Source: Spirochaetota bacterium
Lineage (GTDB): Bacteria > Spirochaetota > UBA4802 > UBA5550
Length of the DNA stretch: 64,000 nucleotides
Assembly (NCBI GenBank): GCA_963664815.2
Contig: CAXXHB010000002.1
Span: 320,001-384,000 of the forward strand
Reading direction: 5' to 3'
Shown one piece after another: positions 11,558 through 20,836 of this stretch (its first letter is position 1; each line of letters opens with the position of its first letter). Below the pieces are notes generated by a model that saw only the letters and a program-made list of their open reading frames with translations, had not been told where the DNA came from and ran no database searches. The translations under genes and the position numbers were made by a program.

Positions 11558-12138
11558 TGCCTTATGATTCGGTTAACCTCACGGATATTCTTACTTTAAT
11601 TATTCACGATATGATTAAATCCACCGATGTATTTAAATCTTTTGATCTAAATAAAATTATCGTATGCTGCGCCTCAAACCGTAAAGATTTCAGAGGCGCT
11701 ACTTATGGAAAACTCTTACCTCTCAGATTTAAGGACGGATCGGAGATAATAAGACACAATGGACAAATTTATTCAATCCCTAAAGTTATGATCAACGGAA
11801 CAGAAATCCTCTATATTATTTATTTCTATATCCCGAAGTTTTTTAATCTATCCGTTAAAGACAAAATAAACGTCATGTTTCATGAACTTTATCATATCAA
11901 TCCGGATTTTAATGGCGACATAAGAAGAATGGGGGAATTTAAATCCGCCCATGGTCATTCAAGAAAAGCATTCGAAGAAAAATATATTGAATATGCTGAC
12001 AGCTTTTTTTACAATATCGAATCGACTCCCTATTATAATTTTCTTAAAATGAATTCTGATGAAATAAAAAGAAGTTTTAAAAAAATAACATTCAGAAGAA
12101 TGAAAAGTATAAAACCTGTCTTAATGGCTGCAAACTAA
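11557..12138 (+). CDS. Putative HExxH zinc metallopeptidase (SprT/phage-metallopeptidase-like)
   Basis: FHELYHI motif followed by GDIRR and HGH; ATG overlaps the recN stop (TGATG). Confidence 0.65.
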   Translation: MPYDSVNLTDILTLIIHDMIKSTDVFKSFDLNKIIVCCASNRKDFRGATYGKLLPLRFKDGSEIIRHNGQIYSIPKVMINGTEILYIIYFYIPKFFNLSVKDKINVMFHELYHINPDFNGDIRRMGEFKSAHGHSRKAFEEKYIEYADSFFYNIESTPYYNFLKMNSDEIKRSFKKITFRRMKSIKPVLMAAN

Positions 12139-12410
12139 AAGCTGTAATCTCCATCAGTATTTCCCGCAAAGTCACTTATTGATATGTCATCAATACTTCC
12201 ATAGAAAAGATATCCTTCAGGATTTGTTATCAAAGCCGTTATATAACGCTTAAAAACAGCTTCTTCTTTTATATTCAGAATCAGCTTTACTGAGCCGTCA
12301 TGGAGATTTGTAGCAGATCCGTTTATTGAATATCGTCTGGCATATTTTGCACAATAACCCCTGCATCCGACACCCTGTACTCTCCCTTTTAATATTACTT
12401 TTTTTATCAT
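12135..12410 (-). CDS. acyP: Acylphosphatase
   Basis: GRVQGVGCR and G.ATNL.DGSV; catalytic Arg and Asn retained. Confidence 0.88.
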   Translation of the reverse strand: MIKKVILKGRVQGVGCRGYCAKYARRYSINGSATNLHDGSVKLILNIKEEAVFKRYITALITNPEGYLFYGSIDDISISDFAGNTDGDYSF

Positions 12411-12648
12411 ATTATCTTCAATGTTAATTCCTTAACAAATATTTAAATGTAAAATTTAATATATTTCCCGTTCGCCTGCAGCGGCCTGGAAAACATGGCA
12501 TTACCTGTTATAAAGAGTTCAGTAATTATTTTTTTAGACTCTTGACAATAATCATTTATAATCAACAATTATTCCTGTTGATCACGACTGTTTTGTCAAC
12601 AGAGGTTTCTACTCATCTCCTCAATAATTTACTATATTATAAAATATT

Positions 12649-13467
12649 ATGAAAAAAAAATATTTATTAACTACAGAAGATGGAACTGCAACTCTGTTTC
12701 TTGAGGAATACGAGCAGGCTATGCACTCCATGTCCGGAGCCTATGAAGAGTCTCTGTTGAAACATATTATTCCTTCAGGTATTCTTGAATGTGAAAAAGA
12801 CATTCTCAATGTTCTCGATGTAGGTTTCGGCCTGGGATATAATGTACTCGCGCTTATAAACGAATTCCTGAATAAAAACGATACAAGGAAACTTAATATT
12901 TACTCCCTTGAAAAAGACCGAAATTTCATGGAGTTCATAAATTCCATAACATTTAATGATTCAAGGGACAACATTTACAGCTTTATCAGTGAAACATATC
13001 TATCGGGAGAAGGTAATCTTAACGGAATCAACCTTAAAATTCTTTTTGATGATGCCCGGAAATCCATTAAAAATCTTTATGGTACAAAATTTCATGCCAT
13101 CTTTCAGGATCCCTTTTCCCCCTCAAAAAATCCTGAATTGTGGAGTACTGATTACTTTATTGAATTAAAAAAACTGCTGGCAGAAAACGGAATAATTACT
13201 ACATATTCAAGCGCAGATCATATAAGAAGAGCTATGATTGAAGCCGGATTTCATATTGGACGCGGTCCATCTGTCGGGAAAAAGAGAGAAGGAACTTTAG
13301 CCTCTTCATGTAATATAACCCGTGAACTTGATAAAGATGAAATAAAAGCTATAATCAATAATATTAAATCTATGCCTTATGAAGATCCCGGTTTAAACGC
13401 AGAAAGAGAAACTATACTTGAAAACAGATTGCTCAAAATAAAAAATATTAAAAATAATATTAAATAA
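12649..13467 (+). CDS. mnmD: Stand-alone MnmD (MnmC-type) tRNA mnm5s2U34 methyltransferase
   Basis: T.DGT.TL, HS.SGA.EES, LDVGFGLGYN, DPFSPSKNPELW, TYSS, GKKRE. Confidence 0.85.
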   Translation: MKKKYLLTTEDGTATLFLEEYEQAMHSMSGAYEESLLKHIIPSGILECEKDILNVLDVGFGLGYNVLALINEFLNKNDTRKLNIYSLEKDRNFMEFINSITFNDSRDNIYSFISETYLSGEGNLNGINLKILFDDARKSIKNLYGTKFHAIFQDPFSPSKNPELWSTDYFIELKKLLAENGIITTYSSADHIRRAMIEAGFHIGRGPSVGKKREGTLASSCNITRELDKDEIKAIINNIKSMPYEDPGLNAERETILENRLLKIKNIKNNIK

Positions 13468-15277
13468 TATCATCAAGTTCATCAAAAAGGGATTCTTCTG
13501 TTTTAATCTCCTCTTTTCTTTTCTCTTTATTCTCTTCAATCTCTTCAATCTCTTCAATGACCCGGTTTTCTGAAGAGGACTCATTTATTACTTCGATCTG
13601 TTTTTCATTCTCTCCAAATTCCAGATTACCGGACAGATCCCCCTCCGGGCCTGTACGATATGAAAGAGCCGATGCGTAATTATATACTGTCTCAACAGCT
13701 TCATAAATCTTTTTATCTTTTAATTTTTTACTGCCTTCAATCTCATGAGTAAATTCAAGAATATCCTGCGGATTTGAAATATACTTTTGCTTTCCATTCA
13801 TATCTTCAATAAGAACAGACAGCTCGTTTGTAACATTATCCATAAATGATTTAATAGCCATCCGGCATTTGGAACCTGCTAGTTTTCTTTTCTTTTCAAT
13901 CTCATCCAGCCTTTTTGAATAAGCTATATACTGATCATTACTTAATGGTTTCTGTTTTATAATCTTTTTATTTTCAATACATGTATCATAGTATGCTTTA
14001 AAAGCAATTTGAGATTTATTGAGCTGGTTGAAAAGATCCTGCATTTTAGACATATAATCAATTTTAATATCTGAAGAAAAATCTATATTATATTTAATTT
14101 TATTCGTTGTCAGAATAAATGAATATTCTTTTTCAAATTCTATAAAGAGCATATAAGCCAGCAACACTTTGTCAGTATCTTCTAAAATTTCAAATTCACC
14201 TTTTTTTTCATACAGTTCCCTTAAAGTTTTATTTTCAAGACGGTACATCAATTTGAGACCCTCTTTTACTGAATCACTTACGGATAAAGTATCCGCTTCT
14301 TTTTCAGTATCAGACATCTGTTCCTCTTCCGGTTCTTTTTCAACCCGTGAATTAGTAGAATCATCCATCCTTCTGCGATTGCCCGGTTTTTCCGTTTTTG
14401 TTATGGATAGTATTTCTTCAATCATCTTATCTGATTCAGAGAACAAACTCCCCTGATAATGGCAGAACAAAGCATGCAGAGAGGGATATAATTTATTGAA
14501 AACAATAAAAAGAGAATTTTTTAATTCTCTTTTGTTTATACTTTTGTCTTTTTTACCTTCATTAAATGCAATGCTTATATCAATAGATTTTTCAAATGAA
14601 TTTAATATGGAATTTTCGTAAGGTTTTAAAATAAACAATAAACGAAATAAGTCTGTTAACGACTCCCTGAGTTCTGAAAGAGGCTTTGGTACATTCGGAA
14701 AATTTTTATACCCTTCAATAACATGATCAAAAATATATGGTTCATATAAATTACCTGCCTTTTCAATTAACTCATAATAGATCGGCGATATTTTATCAAG
14801 AGAGCGAATTATTTTATTACCTGTTTTTATATCTTTTTTAAATAAAGCAAAATATATCATCTGTATTTCAATTAATGATGGTTTGAAATAGTCATTAAAT
14901 CTCTGGAAAAATGTATTTTTAAAAAACACGGTTGAAAATCCCGTTATTCCAAGAAGTCTTAATCGCATTCTGATTCTGAAACGATCAAATGGAGTTGATG
15001 TAACAAAAGAAATATTTGGAACATTTTTTTTATAATTTACAACTCTGTTCACGGAGGGAATTCTTTTATTTGAGTAATGTGCATCCAGTTTCTGTTGATG
15101 CTGTTTCTGTTTATTCCTGTCTATTACCAGGTTTTTTCTTGTTTCTCTTTCTGATAAAACCTGTCCTCCGGCATCCCTGAATTTATTGAATAAATCCTTT
15201 CTTTGGTTATCGTCAATTTCATTAACCTTGAGATTCTGTTTGGTTTTATCAATGTCTTTCATTTTAAACCTGTTCAA
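13460..15277 (-). CDS. Hypothetical helical protein, 605 aa (start may be ATG at 15262)
   Basis: Long ORF with a charged, helical composition and an acidic tail; no recognised motif. Confidence 0.75.
   Translation of the reverse strand: MNRFKMKDIDKTKQNLKVNEIDDNQRKDLFNKFRDAGGQVLSERETRKNLVIDRNKQKQHQQKLDAHYSNKRIPSVNRVVNYKKNVPNISFVTSTPFDRFRIRMRLRLLGITGFSTVFFKNTFFQRFNDYFKPSLIEIQMIYFALFKKDIKTGNKIIRSLDKISPIYYELIEKAGNLYEPYIFDHVIEGYKNFPNVPKPLSELRESLTDLFRLLFILKPYENSILNSFEKSIDISIAFNEGKKDKSINKRELKNSLFIVFNKLYPSLHALFCHYQGSLFSESDKMIEEILSITKTEKPGNRRRMDDSTNSRVEKEPEEEQMSDTEKEADTLSVSDSVKEGLKLMYRLENKTLRELYEKKGEFEILEDTDKVLLAYMLFIEFEKEYSFILTTNKIKYNIDFSSDIKIDYMSKMQDLFNQLNKSQIAFKAYYDTCIENKKIIKQKPLSNDQYIAYSKRLDEIEKKRKLAGSKCRMAIKSFMDNVTNELSVLIEDMNGKQKYISNPQDILEFTHEIEGSKKLKDKKIYEAVETVYNYASALSYRTGPEGDLSGNLEFGENEKQIEVINESSSENRVIEEIEEIEENKEKRKEEIKTEESLFDELDDII
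13531..13557. repeat. 9-bp tandem repeat x3 (TCTCTTCAA) encoding IEE-IEE-IEE
   Basis: Read directly; the unit length keeps the frame. Confidence 0.8.
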
Positions 15278-15489
15278 TAATTATTAAAAAAATTATATAT
15301 AATCAATTTTCATTTATCTTTATCTATATTTATCTATATTTATGCATCAAGTAGATAAATAACAGTACTAATAATTTTAAAATACATGAAAATGGTGTTA
15401 AAAATATTAACATAAGTCAATTATTTTATTGTTGATAAAATACTGATAAACTATATTATAAAATATCATATAATTCAGGGAGCCTGTCT

Positions 15490-16332
15490 ATGAAGAATAT
15501 TGGAATAATCGGTGCAGGAACAATGGGCACCGATCTGGCGCAAATTACTGCAGAAGCAGGTTATCATGTTAAACTTTTTGACAGTAATCTTAAAAAATCT
15601 CAAAGTGCATTAAATGTAATCTTTTCAAGACTTGAAGAGTATCTTAAGAAAGACAGAATTTCTGAATCTGATAATGAAAAAATCAGATCTTTCATTAAAA
15701 TTGAGGAAAATATCAGCGGATTATCCGAGTCGGATATTATTCTTGAAGCTGTAAACGAAGATCTTAACACAAAAAAAAATATATTTAATCAATTAAACGA
15801 AATCAGTAAAGCCGGCAGCATACTTGCTTCCCTTACATCATCAATATCCATAACAGAAATTGCATCTGCAACCACACGTCCTGAATCTGTCATTGGACTG
15901 CATTTTCTGAATCCTGCTAGAGTATTATCCCTTGTGGAAATTGTTCCCGGATTCTCTACAACCAGAGAGACCGTAGAAATGGCGAAATCTTTTCTGAAGA
16001 AGCTTGGAAAAGATTTCGTTGAGGCTAAAGACTATCCCGGATTTTATCTGAACCGGATTTTATACCCGATGATTAATGAAGCAATCTTTCTTCTTTATGA
16101 AGGTGGAACAAAGCCTGAAATTATAGATAAAGCAATGAAAAAAGGTTTAAATCTGCCAATGGGTCCTCTTGAAATAGCTGATATGGTAGGCCTGGATGTC
16201 ATTCTCGGAATTGGAGAGGAGATGCTCAGAGGTTATGCAGATCATAAATACAGACCATGCCCCCTGCTGAGAAGATATGTAGCCTCGGGATATCTTGGGC
16301 AAAAAACAGGGAGAGGTTTTTACCTTTACTGA
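15490..16332 (+). CDS. 3-hydroxyacyl-CoA (3-hydroxybutyryl-CoA) dehydrogenase
   Basis: GIIGAGTMG, EAVNE...K, GLHFLNP, PGFYLNR, PMGPLE.ADMVGLD, G.KTGRGFY. Confidence 0.93.
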   Translation: MKNIGIIGAGTMGTDLAQITAEAGYHVKLFDSNLKKSQSALNVIFSRLEEYLKKDRISESDNEKIRSFIKIEENISGLSESDIILEAVNEDLNTKKNIFNQLNEISKAGSILASLTSSISITEIASATTRPESVIGLHFLNPARVLSLVEIVPGFSTTRETVEMAKSFLKKLGKDFVEAKDYPGFYLNRILYPMINEAIFLLYEGGTKPEIIDKAMKKGLNLPMGPLEIADMVGLDVILGIGEEMLRGYADHKYRPCPLLRRYVASGYLGQKTGRGFYLY

Positions 16333-16337
16333 TTATT

Positions 16338-17126
16338 ATGAAAATTATTAAAAAAAAATTTATTATAATCTTCATATTCTATTTTTATTTAATTTCTTCA
16401 TCAATTGCTTCCCAGTTTGAAGAGCTTGATAAACCACCGGAAGGCGCTCACAAGGGACAAATGCTTCTTGGAGGATTTGTCTCTCTTGGTATTCCCTATG
16501 GTGATATTATTTCCGGAGAGACAGATTTTGTTGATAAAAATACATACACTTTTGATGACAGTGAGGTTACAAAAGATTTTGTGATAACTCATCTTTCTTA
16601 TGATTTCGGAGCTTCATTTGAATATATGCCAATGGATCATATAGGAATAAAAACAAAGTTAAAGCGCGTTATCATTGTTCAAAGAACATTATTTGGTTCG
16701 GATTTTCAGAACTGGAATGAAATTCTTTATAAAAATTATTCATTTTTACTTGGGCCATCTTTTCACTTAACTGACAGAAAGCAATGGGATATCACTCTTA
16801 CTCCTGTGATAGGATATGCCTGGGCAAAATACAGGGCAACTCCTGTTGCTTCAAAACTTCTTACGGCGTCAATTTATACTGACAGCGATGATAGTAACAG
16901 GGATGTTAATGGCTTTACTTATGGAGCCGAATTAAATCTTACTTTTTATTTAAGCGGTGGATTATATCTCTCCATCGGCGCTGACTGGAACAGATATCCA
17001 TTATCTTTCAGTCCGCCATTAACACTTTCACAATCTTCGGGAACAACATTTCTTGATGGTAAAACCTCCGGGAACATTGATACCATCAATTTCGCTCTGT
17101 CTGCCGGGTATGCTTTTTCCAACTAA
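16338..17126 (+). CDS. Exported protein, probable outer-membrane beta-barrel
   Basis: Signal peptide, alternating amphipathic strands, C-terminal LSAGYAF. Start re-called to ATG at 16338. Confidence 0.65.
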   Translation: MKIIKKKFIIIFIFYFYLISSSIASQFEELDKPPEGAHKGQMLLGGFVSLGIPYGDIISGETDFVDKNTYTFDDSEVTKDFVITHLSYDFGASFEYMPMDHIGIKTKLKRVIIVQRTLFGSDFQNWNEILYKNYSFLLGPSFHLTDRKQWDITLTPVIGYAWAKYRATPVASKLLTASIYTDSDDSNRDVNGFTYGAELNLTFYLSGGLYLSIGADWNRYPLSFSPPLTLSQSSGTTFLDGKTSGNIDTINFALSAGYAFSN

Positions 17127-18112
17127 GCCTTATTTTTTTCCGTCAGATATATCAATCTCATTGCATTCAGGGTTGTCCATCTGCTTTTTTCCTCTTTTTC
17201 TTTTATCATTCCAGGGAGCCGGTTTTCACAATTCCATGTTCCGTCATCATTCTGTTTTTTAATTATATTATTAAAAAGTTCATCATTTATATTTATTCCG
17301 TTTTCCATTATTCCTGACAACAATATCAGGCCTGAAAGATAATCATACTGAGACATTACTGGATAACCAATTTTTGCAAAATTAACTGAATTCCCGCATA
17401 ATATTCTTTTCTGTCTGCTTATGAAAAAATTATTCTTTAAAAAATATTCTGCAGCTTTCTTAACAATGTTTTTATGAGAAAAGTCATTCAGATAAACCAG
17501 AGCTCTAAGGCATGAATAGCTTGCAACAGGACAGCTTGATACATCTTCAATATTTTCATATTTTAAACCGCTCCCTGATTTATTCAGAAAAACCAGCTTC
17601 ATCACATCACAAAAACCTGCGACAGGACAGTGAAGCCATCCTCCATCTTTTCTCTGATTATTAACAACCCATTTTATACCATTTTCTGAACGGGAATCAT
17701 TTATACCGCTTTTTATCAATGACAGAATCATATTTCCTGATCTGCATCCAACTGCATCTGATGATCTGTAATTAAATTTAAATCCGCCATTGTCCAGTTG
17801 TGTTTTTTTACAAAGATAATCGGCTGTAGATTCAACAAATTCTTCTGTATGATTATATCCTGATTCTACTGCCAGTAGAAAAAACCATACCGATCCTCTG
17901 TAAAATATATCTGTATTTTTACTATCTCCAAGCACGTTATTAGAATAATTTTTTTTAAAAAAATCTGTTAAATCCGAGTTTATAAGCTCTTTATATATCT
18001 CTTCATGATCCTGATTTTTCAGGATTTCATTTTTTGTATGATATCTTACTGCAGGATTTTTTTCTTCAATAAGCCATGGTATCGGGTCACTCTTTATATA
18101 CTTATTAATCAT
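17123..18112 (-). CDS. Prenyltransferase/squalene-oxidase-repeat-like (alpha/alpha toroid) protein
   Basis: Repeats Q.DNGGF, QRKDGGW and QNDDGTW; C-terminal SRWTTLNA. Confidence 0.7.
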   Translation of the reverse strand: MINKYIKSDPIPWLIEEKNPAVRYHTKNEILKNQDHEEIYKELINSDLTDFFKKNYSNNVLGDSKNTDIFYRGSVWFFLLAVESGYNHTEEFVESTADYLCKKTQLDNGGFKFNYRSSDAVGCRSGNMILSLIKSGINDSRSENGIKWVVNNQRKDGGWLHCPVAGFCDVMKLVFLNKSGSGLKYENIEDVSSCPVASYSCLRALVYLNDFSHKNIVKKAAEYFLKNNFFISRQKRILCGNSVNFAKIGYPVMSQYDYLSGLILLSGIMENGININDELFNNIIKKQNDDGTWNCENRLPGMIKEKEEKSRWTTLNAMRLIYLTEKNKA

Positions 18113-18798
18113 TCATTTACACCAGAAGCCAGATATTCAGCAAATTTCAAATCCTGTTCAGTTGTTATTTTGACATTTTTATATGAACCCGGAACAACAG
18201 AAACTGTATATCCGTAATTGACTACAAGTGATACGTCATCCGTTATACCGCTTTTTTTTACCTCTTTCTGATACAGATGTGCTTCTTTTATAATATTGTA
18301 ACGAAATCCCTGCGGTGTCTGAGCCGAAAAAACATTTCTCCTCTCGGGAATATACTCAACAGCATTGTCTTTTACAATTGCAATAGTGTCTGTTGATTGA
18401 ACATATGTTCCGCACGCACCTGTTTCTTTAACCCCGTTTATTAATTCATTAATTATCTCTCCGGAAACAAATGGACGCGCAGCATCATGAAATAATATAA
18501 TGTCCTCATCTTTTAACTCTGCAGATAAAACAGCATTATATGATGAATCCAGTCTCTCACTACCCCCTTCAATAACTGCTGATATTTTTGGATACTTTTT
18601 TTCAGGGAATATTTTCCCTATGCTCATTATAAGTTCTTTTTCAGAAACAATAATTATTTTATCAATAAGTCTGTTTTTATGAAAAGTATCTACAGACCAT
18701 GCTATAACAGGTTTGTCTCCCAGAATAAGCATCTGTTTCGGAGTATCACTGCCTAATCGTAAACCCTTTCCCCCGGCAAGTATTACAGCTACATTCAT
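18109..18798 (-). CDS. ispD: 2-C-methyl-D-erythritol 4-phosphate cytidylyltransferase (IspD/TarI family)
   Basis: LAGGKGLR...PKQ, HDAARP, QTPQGF, TDD, N.KITT..DL. Confidence 0.88.
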   Translation of the reverse strand: MNVAVILAGGKGLRLGSDTPKQMLILGDKPVIAWSVDTFHKNRLIDKIIIVSEKELIMSIGKIFPEKKYPKISAVIEGGSERLDSSYNAVLSAELKDEDIILFHDAARPFVSGEIINELINGVKETGACGTYVQSTDTIAIVKDNAVEYIPERRNVFSAQTPQGFRYNIIKEAHLYQKEVKKSGITDDVSLVVNYGYTVSVVPGSYKNVKITTEQDLKFAEYLASGVNE

Positions 18799-18888
18799 CA
18801 GAGTTAATTTATCTCCATAAAAAATATTTTTATTGAAGTATAATTCATATACTTCTAATATATTTCAATTATAAAAAGTGTGGTTAAT

Positions 18889-19398
18889 ATGAATAATATA
18901 AAAATAGGTATCATAACTGTCAGCGACAGATCATCAAGAGGTGAAAGAGATGATCTGTCAGGACCTGAAATAAAAAAATGGTGTAACAGGATGAATTACA
19001 CTGTAACAGAAGAACTTATAATTCCGGATGAAACTGATATAATAAAGAAAACTCTTATCGATCTCTCTGATAAAAATCTCGACCTCATACTTACTACAGG
19101 CGGCACAGGTTTTGCCCCGAGAGACAATACTCCGGAAGCGACAAGAGCTGTTATTGAAAAAGAGGCGCCCGGGTTTGCAGAAGTAATGCGTATGAAATCA
19201 CTTCAGATTACTCCACATGCAATGCTTTCACGTGCCGTTTCAGGAATCAGAAAAAAAACACTCATAATAAACCTTCCCGGAAGCCCGAAGGGTGCAAGAG
19301 AAAATCTTGAATTCATAGAAAGCGGAATCCCGCATGCTTTAAAGCTGCTGAGAAACGAAGTCAAAGACTGTGCAGAAGAAATGAAGAAATCAGAGTAA
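18889..19398 (+). CDS. mog: Molybdopterin adenylyltransferase (MogA/MoaB family)
   Basis: TVSDR, DLSGP, TTGGTGFAPRD.TPEAT, LSRA, NLPGSPKG. Confidence 0.92.
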   Translation: MNNIKIGIITVSDRSSRGERDDLSGPEIKKWCNRMNYTVTEELIIPDETDIIKKTLIDLSDKNLDLILTTGGTGFAPRDNTPEATRAVIEKEAPGFAEVMRMKSLQITPHAMLSRAVSGIRKKTLIINLPGSPKGARENLEFIESGIPHALKLLRNEVKDCAEEMKKSE

Positions 19399-19411
19399 AT
19401 GAAGAGATCTT

Positions 19412-19954
19412 ATGAATAACAAAGATCTGTTAAAACTCATTCATATAAAAAAAGGGGACATCACTCTGGAAATGAGCGAAGCAATTGTAAATGCTGCGAA
19501 TATATCTCTCCTTGGCGGTGGCGGTGTTGATGGAGCAATCCACCGGGCTGCCGGTCCGGAACTTCTTAATGAATGCAGAATGCTCGGTGGCTGCAATCCG
19601 GGTGAAGCGCGTATTACTAAAGGATACAAACTCCGGTCAAAATATGTAATACATACTCCAGGTCCGATATATCGTGACGGAAAAAGCGGAGAGCCGGAAA
19701 CTCTCTATAACTCATACTGGAATTCAATGATTCTTGTGAAAAGAAACAGTTTAAAATCTGTTTCATTTCCTGCAATATCCACGGGTGTTTACAGGTATCC
19801 CCGCGATAAGGCTGCTAAAATCGCTGTTGAGACAGTAATAAAATTTATAAAACATGAAGAGTATATCGTTGATGTTTCATTCGTTGTTTTTGATAATGAC
19901 AATTATGAAATCTATATAAAAACACTTGAGGAAATTAAAAATGAGCTACATTGA
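19412..19954 (+). CDS. Macro-domain protein, O-acetyl-ADP-ribose deacetylase (YmdB-like)
   Basis: GDIT, AIVNAAN..LLGGGGVDGAIH, VIHTPGP, FPAISTGVY.YP. Confidence 0.93.
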   Translation: MNNKDLLKLIHIKKGDITLEMSEAIVNAANISLLGGGGVDGAIHRAAGPELLNECRMLGGCNPGEARITKGYKLRSKYVIHTPGPIYRDGKSGEPETLYNSYWNSMILVKRNSLKSVSFPAISTGVYRYPRDKAAKIAVETVIKFIKHEEYIVDVSFVVFDNDNYEIYIKTLEEIKNELH

Positions 19955-20783
19955 TACCCTGAAAAAAAGCAGTGAACAATTTTCAAGTATTGTCTGCATG
20001 GGACTTGATCCGGTGATTGAAGATATCCCTGAAAAAAATGGAACACCGGGCGAACGGATTTATACATTTTTTGAAAAAATACTTAATAAACATATTCAGA
20101 AAAATATTTTCCCGGGAGCTGTTAAACCTAACTATGCTTTCTATGCCCAGTATGGAGTTGATGGAATTATTTACCTTGATAAAATTATCAAAATCTACAA
20201 ATCGGCCGGTATTCCGGTTATCCTCGATTATAAAAGAGGCGATATCGGTAAAACAGCAAAGGCATATGCAAAAGAGGCTTTCGATTTCTTCAAAGCGGAT
20301 TCAGTAACACTTTCGCCGTATCTTGGTTATGATTCCATTGAACCATATATAAAAGATTATCCTGATAAAGGATATTATATTCTTACCAAAACATCCAATG
20401 CCAGCTCAGGAGAAATACAGGATATAAAATCCGGAAATAAGGAGATTTTTCTCAATGTTGCTGATCTGATCATAAAATGGTATCATCCCGGTCTTGGTTC
20501 AGTAGCTGGAGCAACATATCCTGAACAGCTTAAAAAAATTTCAGATATTTTTATTAACTCAGGAAAAGAGATTCCTTTTCTGATTCCGGGTGTTGGAGCC
20601 CAGGGGGGTAGCATTAAAGATGTAATGGAAGTTATCAGCAGATCTTCAGATATTGGTATTCACAGAATAAACGCCTCAAGCTCTTTAAATTACGCATATA
20701 AGACATTTAAAGATATGTCCTATGATGAGGCTTCCGTTGAAGCTCTCAAACAGATGAATGATGAGATCAATGCATTGAGGTAA
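19941..20783 (+). CDS. pyrF: Orotidine-5'-phosphate decarboxylase (type 2)
   Basis: CMGLDP, KPNYAFY, DYKRGDIGKT, GATYP, LIPGVGAQGG. Start re-called to ATG at 19941. Confidence 0.95.
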   Translation: MSYIDTLKKSSEQFSSIVCMGLDPVIEDIPEKNGTPGERIYTFFEKILNKHIQKNIFPGAVKPNYAFYAQYGVDGIIYLDKIIKIYKSAGIPVILDYKRGDIGKTAKAYAKEAFDFFKADSVTLSPYLGYDSIEPYIKDYPDKGYYILTKTSNASSGEIQDIKSGNKEIFLNVADLIIKWYHPGLGSVAGATYPEQLKKISDIFINSGKEIPFLIPGVGAQGGSIKDVMEVISRSSDIGIHRINASSSLNYAYKTFKDMSYDEASVEALKQMNDEINALR

Positions 20784-20836
20784 TGCATTTTATTTGCATA
20801 ATTACCGGTATTTTTACTATTAAATATATTATTGTA

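Noticed and set aside
15319-15342. 10-bp direct repeat TTTATCTATA x2
   Set aside because: Low complexity and only two copies.
12540-15438. Isolated variant DnaA-box-like words (TTGTCAACA near 12593, TGTTGATAA at 15430)
   Set aside because: They are single copies that contain -35-like hexamers (TTGACA/TTGATA), so promoters or chance explain them.
170-16332. Selenocysteine or read-through at TGA stops (170, 4764, 8968, 9826, 11557, 16332)
   Set aside because: Each protein appears full-length at its TGA, and in most cases the next gene starts immediately.
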